A DNA stretch of 60,020 nucleotides, filler included, from Sluysia triapertura (GCA_046118255.1; 4 parts of 4 records of this genome joined end to end with filler, not necessarily neighbours in it), one strand, 5' to 3'. Positions 23,674-38,434 are shown, counted from the whole stretch's first letter. Program-made: numbers and translations. The notes: generated by a model from the sequence alone, not told the origin.

Positions 23674-26183
23674 TTAACTTCGACATTGAATATAATTTTA
23701 TAGCTACATAAGATTTATGATGTAAAAATGTAATTATGATTAATGTATTGCATGAAATAAAGTGAATGTTTAACAAATCAGGTCATAATGTGAAATTTTC
23801 ATTATATAGATTGGTTTTTAACAGTTTATAAAGATAATGTATTCATAGTGATACACAGTGTTGAAATTATTGAAGTGAATTTGATAACTTTTAATGATGC
23901 ACTTCGTGAAAGATATCGAGACTTATTGATTTGAGAGTCTAAGAATAAAGTACTAAAATAATTAACAGATTCTGTATCAAATTACATCTTTTACAATCAT
24001 TTAATAACATGATTAAATGATACTTCTAATTTCTTAATTGGAGATCTAAAATGTTAATAATAAAAATAAAAAATTATTATTTACCTAAATAGTATCAATC
24101 GTATTGTAAAATGATTCTATAGCATTATTGAATGGACAGTATTAAACCTAAATTACAAACCGATAAAACTGAAAAGCATTTAATTAGATGTCCTGTTCAA
24201 ACAACAGAAATTATTGCTTCAAATGTAGAAATTACAAGCGTTAGTGTACCACGGATTTCTCACGGTGATCCGTTTGGTTTACATACTCTTGATAATATTT
24301 CTTTGTCAAACACTAATAATAATAACATTAATATTAAAATACTGCATGGCCTTCTTAATCATGCTTGGTTCAAAATACTAATGCAGAAACCAAGCCTAAA
24401 ATACAAAATTTAGAATATAATCGTTCAGGCGTTTCTGAAACATCTGATTCGGAAAGTAAGTCAAAAATTAGTTCTACTTCTAGTGGATACGAAACTAACT
24501 CAGTGTCACGTCTAGTGAATCGTAAAATAATGTATCATCTGATAACATTTTCGAGTTTGATAAAGACTTTATTCAAAATTTTAAAGATAGATATCCGACT
24601 GTTAATGGTAGCAAATTTAAAGTGATGGAAGATGTGGATAATTTACGAGATAAATTTTCATTTTCTAATAATAGTTATGTTACAAATTTATCGCATCATT
24701 ACGGTTTTCAAAAGGACAATCGAATCATGCAAAGAATCAGCCCTTTAATTTCTAACTCTATTGAATTTCTAATTTCTATTGAATCAGAAGTTATTAGTTC
24801 TGATCAAGTTTTACGATTGCCACTTATTAAAGTTATTTATAACGTTTTTTGATTACATAAATAAAATGAATCTTGTTAATTTGTTGTTAAAATTCTTTTT
24901 TTAAAAGGCCGTAAGCCCATTTTCTTAATCATTTGTATGTTTTGTTTAAATTGTTACATATTAATCGAAAATTTTAATAATTTGTTAATTTATATTGTAA
25001 TAATCAAAAATCCAAATACGTTGATAAATTTGTTTAAAAGTTTAACAAATTTTTAATCATAAAAAAATCCCTCTAAACATGTGATGAAGTGTGTACCACT
25101 GGAATCCACATTGGTATTAAAGAAGATGAATTGTAAAAATAAAAGGAATAATAATGATAGCAATAATGTAATCATTATATTTTAATATGATCATTTGATG
25201 CTATTGTGATGTTATTATAAAATTTATTATAATTATAATTATATTATATAACAATAATCATAACAATTATTATATATTTTAATACGATTGGATTTATAAT
25301 AACAATAACTATAGTTCATGATATTTATGTGCAATGATTAGGTTTGTTTTTTGAATGAGTCAAATAGTTTGTTTAATGTTCTGTGTATGTAAGTGACGTT
25401 TTTATGTGATGAAGTGTTGATATTTTGATGTGAATTCCCTACACTAATAATTTTATTTTATTTATTACATTTTACCCCAACAATATTTCATGCCAAGCAG
25501 CTTGAATGTCTTCATTAGAATATATTCCTTAACTCTGGATGTTCTTTGTAACAGAAAATTTTAGTTTAACTTTTAGTTCTGTTAGTTCTATAATTTCTGG
25601 CGTTTTAACTTGGCTTCGATGTGGTAAAGATATCCATAAATTATCATTGATTTTATATTCTGGAGCCATCACTTTGAAACAATGTAATGTGTTTGGTCTT
25701 AATTATTCTTCTAACAGGTTCTAAGTAAGTTTATTCGCATAAATAACTGGTTGTTCATTCGTACACTCGTATTCTTGTCTTATTTGGATTTCTACCTTTT
25801 TACATTTATATGTATATAAAACTTCACCCATAAGTCTTCCAAAAACTCATTCTTCTACTACATCTAGGTTGGTTATGGCTACTGCCAGCTTGATTCTCAA
25901 TATTTCTTTATTTAGCTGATAGTCTCTAATTATCATTGCTTGGTATACTTTTTCGAGTGACATAAGTCCTGGGTGTTATTAAAAATCGATTTTGTTATTA
26001 AACTATGTATTTAGTTTAGATTTTTTGCATCTATCCCATTTTAGCTTGAATTACTATTTTCTCAGATAAATATGTTCCTTGATAATTTGTTTCTATGATT
26101 TCTAATTCCCAATACAATTGTTAATCAATCTTCTTTGTTTGATCTGTTTCTTTTTTATTAATCGACACTATGTACCGTGTGTC

Positions 26184-29150
26184 TTTAGGATCGTTAGGAA
26201 ATTTATGTGCTATTAAATGTAATGAAAACAATTTAGTAAACAATTGAAGAATATTCTTTTTAAGACATCGTGATTTTCATTGATGTCACAACCGAAGGGT
26301 GCTACGTCCGTTTTGATTTTTGCCAAAAATTCGGAAGGTGAAAGAGTACCTAATGTTTGCACCTTAAAGTAGTCTTGAAATACTTTTTCCGAATTTGGGC
26401 GGTATTGCTGTATGACAATTTGTTTGATTTTTGAAGCAATACACGCTTGAATTTTTGGGCTAATCTTACTTAATAGTGCCTGCGGCAACATTGCTAATGT
26501 GTGAATGAACTTTGTAGTTTGATGTTTAATCGCATTGTTTTTGAACATGGCTTCAATAACCAAAACCATGTGCTTGGAGAACCTGTGTCATCCAAGAAAA
26601 ATTGAGACGATGAAGGAATACTGATATTTGTTAGTTGAACTTGTTCAGTACGTGGTGGAATTTCAAGATCCTCGTCGGTGCTACCGGGTAATTGGTGATT
26701 AATTGTATAATTGCCTCATGTAAAATTTCGTAATCACTAAATCTTAAATGGGGACGTAGTGGTTGCGCCTGATAAGTAAACCATGCCTGAAGGTGTATAG
26801 TTAACCTAAGTAATATATTAATAGGGTCGGAGTTTTTGATTTTAAGGCGCGAATTTAAATTTCACGCTATGCATTTTACTGTTATGTTTATTGTTTATTG
26901 TTTCGGGTTTTCGAATTAGTAACTGTTATTGTCACTGCATACGTGTCGCTCAAACGACGTGTTTGAGTCGATTAGTGTCCCAGGTAAAATTTGTTTCTGT
27001 TTGATAATTAAGCGAGGTGTTATTGTTTTGATATGATTGTTTTGATTTATGATTTCGTTTGGAATAATAGGTTATGTTTTGTTTGATTTTTTGATTTGAA
27101 TTGTCTTGATCTTATTATGATTTTTTTGTTATTTGTTTTGAGTATTGAATTGCTTTTGATTTCATTGAATGATTTTGTTGTTTATGTTTTTCCTTGGTTG
27201 ATTGAGTGTATTCTTGGAAGTATTGGCTTGTTTGGAGTTAAACTTATTTATCTCTTGATCTTGTGTATTGGTTTTAAGATTTGCATTTTTGGATGATTGC
27301 TTCGATACTTCCTTGAATGTGTTAATTTGTTTGGGGTTGCTTTTTTTAGTTTGTTGGTTGGAAACGTTTTCACGTACATTAAATTTTCCAAAATCGGATT
27401 TAATGATCCTTTGATTTGTATTGGCCCTAATGGCACGTTTAATTTGGGCACCTTCTTTACAGACTTGTGCGAAGAATTTTTGCCCGTTTCTTTTATACTT
27501 ATTTATAGACCAATTAAATTCTATATTACGCTCCTGGGTAGGTTGACATTGGATAGACCCTTTTTTAACATTATTGTTGTCATGGTTTATACTTATGGCG
27601 TTGTTTGACGTTGTGGCTGAGGTGGTGAAAAACCTATAATTTAAACTTTTATTAGTTTTATGAGTTAAGATTGTCCAGTTTGTTGGTTTTGTATAGTTTG
27701 TTGGCTGTTTAGTAACGTTATTGTATGTACGAATATTTGTTGTTTCCATGGAGTTTTGCAACTGTTTGTTATTATGAGGTAAATTGGTGGGGTGATTTTG
27801 AGTTTGGTATTTGTGAGATGATTTATTGTTTGTTTTACATGGTAAAAATTGTGTTGTATTATGTTTTTATTGTTCTAGATTATTATTATGTGAGTGTATG
27901 CTGTTATTTTTACTTTTTGAAGAATTTTGTGGAGGTTTAATGTTGTTAGAAAAGTTGATAACAATTTTTTGTGTTTCGTGAAGTTGTTTGTTGCTTGTGT
28001 TTGATAGCAGAAGTTGTATTATGGTGTCTTTTAATTGTTTAAAATTGAAGTTTTGTACCTGTGTATTGTTTTTCTTGTTGTTTCCTTGTTTTAGTGGAGG
28101 TTTAATGTTATTGCGTGAAATATCTTGTGCCGAATGTTTAATATTTGTTTCGAAAAGTAAAGGTGGCAGTGTTTTATTTAATGGTTGGATGATATTACTT
28201 TATTGTGTGGATTGATATTACTATTTTTGTTAGATGTTGTGTTTATAGATGGTTTGATGGCATTGTTTAAGTGTATAAGGTTTTTCTGTGTTTTCTTAGA
28301 TTTAATTTTCTTTGATTTATGTTTGATGCCTATTGATTTGCGTGAGGGTATAACATGGAAAGAGTTGTTCTGCAATTGAAAAGTAACATGTTTGTTCTTT
28401 TGATTTTTCAAATGACTTGAATTTATATTAGAAGTTGTATGATTCTTTTGAAATTTAATGAACTTGATGAATGTATTTTGTTGGTAACCATTATAATTGT
28501 TATTATTTTTGAAAGAATTGATGACTATAGATTTTGGTATAGTAGTGTTACAGTTTTGGAAGAATTCGTTACATACACAATGATTTTTAGGTATAATTTT
28601 AGTAGCGATGTTAGATATATTAACATTATTATATATAATCTTATCTATGAAGTTATCGAGAAAGATATGCATATTGCTACTGTCAAGATTTTTATTACAG
28701 AAATTATAATTATGTGCATATCTCTCTACGATAAAGTCACATTTGTTATACAAAGAATTTATGCATTCAAATATGTAAATAATAAGGCTTGGCATCATGA
28801 CATACGCAGGATGTGACAAGATTCTCTTGAACCCCTGACACCAATTTAGGATCGTTAGGAAATTTAGGAAATTTAGTTTATGTGCTATTAAATGTAAATG
28901 AAAACGATTTAGTAAAGTTTGATTTGTAAACGTTAATTTAAACTGAAAGCAATTTAATATGTTGAAGTTTTTAAATACTAATTTTGAATTAAAGCTATTA
29001 AGTCTGGTAATAAATCCTCTAATTTCAAAATAGATAAAATTTCAAAATTTTAATTGTATTATTAAATATCAATTTATTACGAATATTATGTCTAAGAATT
29101 TTATAAGGATTTAATATCATCAATTCAAAGAATGCAATTAAAAAGAAGTT
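26184..29150 (-). mobile_element. Internally deleted Ty3/Gypsy LTR retrotransposon: 5' LTR (upper boundary approximate), PBS, ~2 kb leader with ORFs, truncated gag, last ~55 bp of the 3' LTR
   Basis: Direct repeat 26184-26240 vs 28845-28916; PBS TGGTGTCAGGGGT (28843-28831, tRNA-Leu-like); gag-like WFLVIEAMF..I..QTTKF....LP and PSEFLAKIK at 26213-26580. Confidence 0.8.
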
Positions 29151-30129
29151 AAAACTAAAATTATTTTTATATTTTTCATTATAACACAAAGTTTTAATTT
29201 CGTCATTATTTACATATCCTCGCGTATGTTATTCCACCATAGCCAAGAATTATCATCTAAAACAAAATGAAAATTTAAATTATATTCAAAGTGAATAAAA
29301 CAAATAATTACATTATACTGTAAAACTTGTAAGTCTAACGCCGTTACGCTATGAACTTTAAGCCATGAATAATCTGTTAGAATATAAATTAATACCAATT
29401 TGAGATGAAATTTTCATTAGAAAAACAACATTTGTTTTAATACACTTATGTGATTTTCGTATAAGTCTGAAAAGAATATTACACAATTCACTAATTGTAA
29501 TATCATTCCCGTATTTATTAATACTATTAAAATTACATATACTAATGTTTGTGTAAACTTCAGTGATAACATCGCCATAATCCATAATTTTACTCACTTT
29601 ATCTCTTCCAGAGCTTTTATGGGCAATGTTTATTTTATAATCTAAGACATTTAGCAAATCTAATAAATTAATAACATTTTTAAAAATTTGATAATTTAAT
29701 GTAAATAAAATTTCAAAAGTCACATTATCGTCAAAACAATTTATGAAGAGCAGAGTATCTACGAACATTTGTTTCGTACTTTATATCTAATATAAAATAT
29801 AATAAGTGATCACAAAACGTTATAATTGATTTATTAGAGAAAGCTGTAAAATATCTGGATGGAAATGTAATTTGTAGTTGAGTGTTATCTTCACTACAGG
29901 TTTAAAATTAAATGAAATGATGATATTCGACTTATTACATCTGTGGCGTTTCAGAAGATCATTAGAGGTAATCATAGATTTATTGGGATTGCCCAACTGT
30001 AAGATCAGAGAACGAGTGAGAAATATACAGAATTATTAGATAAAAGAAAAAACTGATACAAAGTGATGGATTGAACATTATAAACATTGTTGAAATAAGA
30101 ATCATGAAAAAGAAAACATTTATAATGAT

Positions 30130-30955
30130 GTTAACAGCTGAAGAATACCTTTGACTTCGAAAGACCTATATAAGGTGTTGAGACTTTTTGAAAGCTTGAA
30201 AAGGACTTAGGAAACCTGTGAAGGCATTAAAATACATTTGACCTTGTGGACCTTGAGATCATCTGAGACTTTATTAAACTTTAAGTATTTTTGAAACCTT
30301 GATAGGCATCTAAGATCTTTGAGTAATATTATAAAGTGTATAAAATCTTTAGAATATTTGAGAAATAAAATAATGGTTCAAAATAATAAAGATAAGTTTA
30401 ATATACTAATAATTAACATGAAGAATTAGAAAAACATAAAATAAAATTAAGTATAGAAATAGATTAATTAATTAAAATCTTAATCAACTTAATTAATAGA
30501 GGTACGTTTTTATGAATAACTTTTGAATGTGGAATACTATGTTAAATTTGAAACTGTGTGTGATTTGTTTTGAAAAGACCTTTCGATTGAGTTCATGCAA
30601 AGAAAGCCTTATTATTGAGCAAAGTCAAATTTTAATTAATTTTTAATTGTGGAATGGTGAATTTTTTATACTTAGAGTGATGCAAATGTAATGAATGGAA
30701 CATGAGATGATTTCTATGAAAGAGGAGAATCTAGAAGTGAGTTTGAAATATTTGTAGAGTGGTTTGTTTAAAATAACAATGATTATTATATTAATGTGAG
30801 AATTAATTTAATTAAAAGTAGATTGAGTAAAGTAAAAGAAAGTAAGAGAATTTTGAAAACTTAAACTTGATTTAGGAAGTACTTGGATAAGAGGGACTCT
30901 TTGAAACTGATTGAATAAATGTTAAATTACAGTATTTAATAATTTTCAAAGATGC
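30130..30955 (+). repeat. Same decayed LINE-like family, copy C
   Basis: Colinear with 1830-2700; its 3' part (30850-30955) matches 23540-23640. Confidence 0.75.
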
Positions 30956-30959
30956 AAAA

Positions 30960-31400
30960 TTATGCCCTTTCTCTCAAACCATCATTGGTCGTACAGTCAG
31001 ACATAATAAGATTCTCGAATGTTTACATAGTAAACTTAAACAAATTGGCTTCTCAGTCAAAATGGATACGCAAATCTCCCATACAAGCGCAAGCTAGCAA
31101 TTCCTCTCAACTTTTTCTCATTACGTCAAGTCGCCGATTGATGATTATGAGAAATTTAAGGCAGCCCGAACTTTCAATATTACGAAATATTCCGACCTGA
31201 GATATAAGCTCCAAATACAACTAAAATTTCAGGTTTCCCTTGACATGTTTGTTCTTAGAGCACTTGGTTCTTGGGATCCTGAAAATGATATCCTTCTGAA
31301 AAACTAGGCTTCCTTAGGGCAGTGTATCAAACTCTCATTTTTATCCTCCTTTAATATCTACAATGACCATTTCCTCCAATATCCCACACAAATAATATTG
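30960..31400 (+). mobile_element. 3' fragment of an RLE-type non-LTR retrotransposon (Utopia/NeSL/R2 group)
   Basis: RHNKILECL, LRQPELSI (PD-like), SKY, VLRALGSWDPENDILLKN and SFNIYNDH in order across frameshifts. Confidence 0.75.
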
Positions 31401-31879
31401 TTGTCATATGTGACTTAATCTTGGTACTTTAATGCATTCGTTTATCCTCTATTTTGTGAGCTTCTAATTTTTAATCTTCTGGTTTTTGGGAATAATCAAT
31501 ATATTTTATAACTACTATTCTCTTTCACATTTTCATTTTCATTTCATTCTTTTTATTTTGCATTCAATGGTTTTATTTCATTATTATTTTTTTCCTTTAT
31601 TTATTTTTCTATATTCTCATTTCCTTATTAAACCTACTAAATTTCATGTCCGTGATTTATCGTTGGTCTGATTTCTGACTTATCAGTGGTATACTTGTGG
31701 CCTCATAATTCAACAACAATTATTAACATGTTCCTTATCACCAACAGCACAAGTGGCAGCAGCAGCACGAACAACAATTTCTTAAATGGACAATTAGTAT
31801 CAGCCTTAACACATTAAATACACATTAAAAACTTACTTGTTTTTGTTGTAAAATAAAAGTTTTTAATTCATCGAACTAA

Positions 31880-31925
31880 GCAGCGAGAGGTCCCGGTTTC
31901 GATCTCCGGTCAGTCCATTTTACAA
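31880..31925 (+). mobile_element. tRNA-derived short repeat, copy 2 (3' half)
   Basis: GAGGTCCCGGTTTCGATCTCCGGTCAGTCCATTTTAC matches copy 1. Confidence 0.7.
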
Positions 31926-33318
31926 CAATTACAATATTGAAAATGGATTAAAAACAGTTTTTAGATCAAAAATTATTTGTGATGGCCAACCTTTTATTCA
32001 AAATTTAAATCACTTTAATACTTACTATATAGCACCTTCTTAACATCTTACACTTTACTTTTCTGACTCATTAAAATCAACTTCATTAACTTCAAAACAT
32101 TTTAAATTCACAATCTCATAACATTAAAATTATACTTACATTCAAAACCATTAAATGTACATTTCATTTTAAGTTAACAATTGTTCAGCATTCAGTCATT
32201 AACATCAGTGAAAAACATTAAATTCACATTTTAAAATCATTTTTTAAACATTCTAATCAAAATGGAATTTCTTTAACATTTTTAATTACGTTATCATCTT
32301 CTTTACACATTCTTTTATCAATTTTTATAAAATAAATGTGAAATTAAAAAGAATTTTTATGCTTCGTATTACTTATCATTATTCTCATTTTTATTTTATT
32401 TTAAGAATTTTATGTAGAGAAAGAGAAAAATAAAGTCTTTTATGTATTTTTATATAATATAATTATTATTTTATTACTTATTTTTTGTTATTTATATATT
32501 AATTATTATTTTTCATTTTTATTATTACTAATATTATTAGTTTATGTCATTACATTATTAATTATTGGTACTAATTAATCCTGTTATCATCATTTGGTAG
32601 TATCACCCTTAAATCACTTCCAACTGTCATTTGTTGATAGTTACAATATACTCATTGTACCGTTAAGCAACACATAAACCATCATTACTAATTGTATGTT
32701 CACCATTATATTGTATCGTGAACTTTTATTATTAATAACCATCCAATTATTTTTCTAATAAAAATTTGTTTTTTAAAACGTGTACACAATAACAAAAAGT
32801 ACACACAAATATAAAGACAAGTATAAAATATTGTATGATTTATAAAAATTGATTGTATAACCAATCATTAACATTTGATCTAACTAAAAATGAAATTAAT
32901 ATTTATGTTATTATGATTTACTCATACGTTTAATGTTTAGGATAATTTAATTTTTAGCGTAATTTTAATAAATGTAAAATCGTTATAAATAGAAGATATA
33001 ATAAATAAGAAGTTAAGTAAAAAATTGTCTTCGATATAATAGAAATTCGATCGAGTATGTCCACAAAAACAAATATAATACGTAAATTACAAGAATTAAA
33101 TTGTATATCCCTAAAGTGTGGAGGGCGATAATTTTTTAATTTTATTTTTGTTCTTATTTTTAATTTTATAAATGTTAAACCTTAAAAAAACAATTTTTAC
33201 TTTACAAAAACAATTAAACAACTTGAATTTAAATTTAAACGAGAAGGGCTTAAGGCCCGAAATGATTACTAATAAACAGTAAATTAAAACGCTTAAACAA
33301 TTCACAAGGTTTATTAAT

Positions 33319-33418
33319 NNNNNNNNNNNNNNNNNNNNNNNNNNNNNNNNNNNNNNNNNNNNTTAATTAATTAANNNNNNNNNNNNNNNNNNNNNNNNNN
33401 NNNNNNNNNNNNNNNNNN
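33319..33418. other. Artificial contig-joining spacer
   Basis: 44 N + TTAATTAATTAA + 44 N. Confidence 0.97.
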
Positions 33419-34799
33419 ATCAAAATTAAATTGTTAATATACTCTATACTAAATAATTAAATATTAATGTTGAATTAAAATATTAAAATGCTAATTAAAA
33501 TTAAATTGCTAATATAATCTTTACTAAATTAAATATTATTATATATTATTAATGAATATTATTATATATTATTTTTAATTAATGAATATTATTATATATT
33601 ATTAATGTAATGTGACAATATATAAAACGCAAAAACATGCGTACACAATTCTGCATGAAAATAGAAAATAATTTGAGATTAATGATTATTTAAATGTTAA
33701 CTTTGTAAGTATTTTCTTTAAAAATAACGATTTAATCGTTATTATTATTAATTTTAATAATTTTTAATAAATATTGTTTTCGTTTGTATGTTATTATTGT
33801 CGTTATTTTTTGTATTGTCATAATAATGTTACCTTATTTTTGCCTTAAATTAACTTAACTTAACTTATTTCATTTTGACAATTTATATCTGTTGCTAGAG
33901 TTTTATTTAATTACTGTGACATATAAAAACCGTAACAAAAAATTACAAAGAAAAAATCACCGACAAAAATTTGTTATTCACAATTTATTCAAACAGATCG
34001 TTGTGTTCTGTCATTGGATGAAAACTTTAAATAAACAATATTTTTAAATGCGTCTACCAAAAATCCAGATCTATGTGAAAACTTTAAAAATTTGCAAAAA
34101 ATTAAAAAAACCCATTTATTAATGAAAAGTTTATCAACCAATTTATTTATTTAATATTACATTCAAATAATGTAACAATTTCAAGATATTTATATAATTC
34201 ATTTTGTGCTTATTTTTTATTCAAATCATACCTATGTAGCTGTTATTATGCTAATGTTTTCATTTATATATTGTTTGTTTTTAGGTTCAATTTTTGTCAG
34301 GCCTTAAGTCGGCAGCAAGTTTCAATATATTGGAAAATAACAGTAGTGATAAAGTAGGCTAACTTTTTATATCAGCAATGATAACATAAAATTAAATCAT
34401 TACGTTAGTAAGATTAATCACATAATGTTTGAGTTAGCTGAACCCTTTATTTTCTCAAAATAGTTAATGCTTTTTTAATATTTTCTTTGATGTTGGACTA
34501 ACTTTAGTAGTACATTTTGGAAGATTTGTCAGTGCATCGGAATAAGAATATTTAACCATCTCAAGATTAACGTGTACAGTGTGCCATTTTTTACCTGACT
34601 ATTGTTCTGAAAGCAAAAATACTGTCAAAAACATGAAACATCCAAATTTAATATCTATTATAATTTCCATTAAACAATTATTTTCTGAGGTTTTGCACCG
34701 AATTCATAAAGCACGAAAATATGACATTTTTACATTATTATTGCTTTCACATGATTGATAACCTCTTTAATATCATTAATTTTGATTATAGGCTGAATA

Positions 34800-35920
34800 T
34801 GTTGTCGAAATGTGTAACTGTTAACTGCAAATTATGTATAACTATTGACTATAAATTGAGTGTAACTATAAATCAATGATTATGTGCATATATATGATTT
34901 TATGTGTGCAAAATAAATCAATTTTTTAATAATCGTGTGACTAAATATTGTGATTACTATTGATTTTATTTTAATTATATAAATATAAAAAGATAATTAT
35001 TTAAGCAATTAAACAATTAAATAATTATTAATTTTAATAAAACTAAGGAATAAAATATTTGTTAAACAATTAGCATAAAATAATTATTTGTTTAAAAAAA
35101 TTATTTGAATAAAGTCAAGGTCAAACAAATTATATATATATAAAAACACGTCTGCTTTAAAATTTTCAATAAAGCAACAAGTTTTTACTTTTACAACCTA
35201 ACAGAGAAGAACAGTTTTTGGAAACATTTTGGAAAAGAATATTTACAATTTTGTATTACAAGAAAAAACTCGGCTCTCATATTTAATTTCGTTAGTTTTA
35301 TTTGATAAGAATTTTGCATTAATTTAAACATTTCCAAGTAAAATCTGACTTAAAATTTCATTATTAATTTTTGGTTATAGTTTAATTTGGATAACTGAGT
35401 AAATATCGCTAAAAATTTTTTATTTACATAATATTATTAAAAAAAATAATCATTTTAAACTAATAATGATTAAACTAATAATCATTTATCTTTGTATTAA
35501 CATTGTTAAATGATTTGATTTGATCGTATCAATATATTTCTTGAATTATTTAATTTCACAATAAATTAATAAACAACCGAATATTCAGGTTCAATTTAAC
35601 GAACATCAGTAAACTACAATTATTTAAACTATTTAATAATAGCTATTCAGGCTCAATTTAGGAACCTAAATAAATTACATAAATAAAAATATTTTAACGA
35701 TTCCGCTTTATAAATCTGTTAATTGAATTCTCACTTTTAGGAAAGTTATTCTTAAAAAATTTCTTCGAAAACCTTGTACAATTTTACTGAATATAAAAAA
35801 TTAACTCAGTTGTATTAAATTAACCTCCATTAGTTTTCGCGTTATTACTTCTTTAACGGTTTAGATACATTGGTGAACTCACTATATACTTTTATTCTGT
35901 AAGTCGTTAAATTTCCAACA
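34800..35920 (+). mobile_element. Probable solo LTR
   Basis: TGTTG...CAACA termini, TATATAAAA at ~35135, AATAAA at ~35168, internal ~63-bp duplication (35582/35645), 3' motif shared with 39110-39204 and 59148-59228; no clean TSD. Confidence 0.5.
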
Positions 35921-36549
35921 ATATGAAACTTAAAAAGTATTATAAATTCATTATACCTAAATATTCGATTAATACACTTAAGAATTTACTGGAACATATG
36001 AAAGATAAAAATGCAACAAATTTAATTTTAATTTTATTATTGCTATTTTCAAAGTTAAAACGCGTAAATTGGCTTTAAATAGTTTACAAACAATTTTTCT
36101 AATTAAAAAAATAAATTGTATTATTTAATAGCGATGCATTATTCACTAAAGTAAATAGTACAAATATCAAATAATTTTATTTTGTTTAGTCAAAATTTTA
36201 TTTTGAATATTATTTTACTTTGAAATTTAAAGTAATGCACAGTATCATAGTTATCGGATATGATGGTTTTGTTAACTACCTTACATGAATGAGTCTTCGA
36301 CTAAACCGTATTGAATTACTTATATGGATTATTTTTTTCAACTTAAAAGTTATTTAAATTTTAAGAATTTAAAATTCAAATTTTTTTAAATGTTTTGAAG
36401 TAATTATACAAGAAGGTAATAAATCTGTTCAATAGGTTTTACTTTAGCTGCTAATTTGAACGATATAATGTTTATTTATAGAAAAATGTTATAATCACAG
36501 TAATAATATATAATATAAAATTTAATATACTTTTGACATGAAAGTGTTT

Positions 36550-37217
36550 CAGAAATTCATAAATTAGATAAATATAGTTCAAAATAAGGCCAATTATTGT
36601 TTATTTTATAAGAAATACAGATTCAAAAAGTATGTGTATGAATTTTCAGTGAAATTATTTTTGCTCACAAAATAATAACTGGATTATTTTTCAGGACCGA
36701 TAAGAATGTTTCAGAGGTCTTTATAATAATGACAAAAACTTTCATTTTATACCAAAACGTGTATTCTCTAGAAGGATAAACTTTGCGCGAAATAGAAAAA
36801 CAGTTAAACAGTTAAGACTTTTTCCTACATTTTGGATATTTAATGTATACTGCCTTTACAAGATACGAAATTCGGCATATATTTCACTTACGACTTCAAG
36901 AAAACTAATTAGAAAAGCCAAAGAGAAATAGTGAGAGGAAGACCACTTCTGAAAATTATTTCAGGTTGAGTGGTATACACTTTACATCATTCATTCCTGT
37001 ATCTGGTGTCATCCAAAGCCCTCAAAAGTTTGTATTGTATACAGTGGAAATAAAAAGAAGACTATATATGTGTAATAATTGTAATATTGGGTTATGTTTG
37101 CACGACTGCTTCACTACAATTATACGAAAAAGATTTTAGATGAATAAAATTTCATTTATGACACCTTTTGATATCTTGCAAAAAATTGAGTTTTAGAAAA
37201 AGCTCATTTGGAAAGGG
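36550..37217 (+). mobile_element. piggyBac remnant (C-terminal Cys-rich domain and right end)
   Basis: YMCNNCNIGLCLHDCF at ~37065-37112; ends GAAAGGG|TTAA. Confidence 0.75.
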
Positions 37218-38434
37218 TTAAATAATATCGAAGTATAACTTTTGCAAATTATTAAGGAATACATTATAAATGAATCAGATACGCTTTACATCTGGTAAGT
37301 TGTATGTTTTAAATTATTAAAATTATTTAAGAATGTCTTTTGCTTCGTTAGTTTTAAATTTTAAAGATTTGTAGTTACACTTGACGCTTGTTTTATTTCA
37401 GCTAATTAAATAAAAAGAAATATTATAATGATATTGTGAAAATTAATATTAAATTTATTTTAAAATAAATTCGCTTTTATATGAACTTTAAATACGTTTG
37501 TTATATTTCATTTTAAATTTTATAAGTATAAAAATTTTCTGCAAAGGTAAGAATTCTGTTATAAGAAAAAGACGTGGCAATTATTATAAGTACTCCTAAA
37601 ACATCGATGAATCTAGTAAAAATAAACTTTGAAAAACAAATCCTGAAACAATTATTGCAAATATTCTGCAGCATTCATCTTTATCAAGCATCATTTCTGT
37701 TATTATTAAATTAAAATGAGAAAACGTTAGTTTGTTTTGTACGAATTGGTCTTGTGTTTTAAAATCTACTAAAATCATCGATTAAAATATCGCTTAAAAA
37801 TATTTCGAGTTCGGAATTAATCATTACTAATTCGAGTAAAATTCTCATTATTAAATCTTCTTTTTTAATTTTGTGTACACCTTTTATTCTTAGATCAGCC
37901 ATGTTCAATAAGCAACTCAAGCGCAGCCCAGTCATACGATTTCTGCGACTCTATTTTGACAATTGTCTTGGTTAAATGTAATGAAAATTAATTTTTACAA
38001 ATCAGTATCTAAGTATAATAACCTTATATACTTCATGTGTACATTAAATAGTCTGGTGTGAAATGTTTAAGGGATAAAGTTATGAGTTGCATGAGTACTA
38101 AAATATATGGTGCATGAGGTTTAAGGACTTATTGTGTATGTTAAGAATTGGACTTGTAATCTTTAATATTACAAAAATAAAATTTATTTGGGCTTTAGGT
38201 GATCTGGAAGATGGGTTTGTAAGTAAATCTATTTACAAATTATTGATTCATTCAGTGTGTTATAATTTTGTAATGTAAATATTGTATATTATAAATCTAT
38301 TTATAAATTATTGATTATTATTATTGGATATGAAAGTAATTTTTTAATTTATTCATAAAATATTAATATATTTTAATCATTTTGATAATTATAAATTGTA
38401 AAAATATTTTAATTTTTATTGTGATTGTTTTAAT

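Noticed and set aside
24132-24852. Three short plus-strand ORFs
   Set aside because: No recognisable motif or splice model; possibly a decayed retroelement leader, but unsupported.
29358-29768. 136-aa ORF as a Penelope RT fragment
   Set aside because: Only a vague FVDT resemblance to YVDD; insufficient.
33238-33265. Hammerhead ribozyme (GAAGGGCTTAAGGCCCGAAA)
   Set aside because: No CUGANGA core or cleavage-site stem; fits the CTTAAG hairpin family better.
37500-37960. Coding-like minus-strand stretch
   Set aside because: Stops in all frames and no identifiable family.
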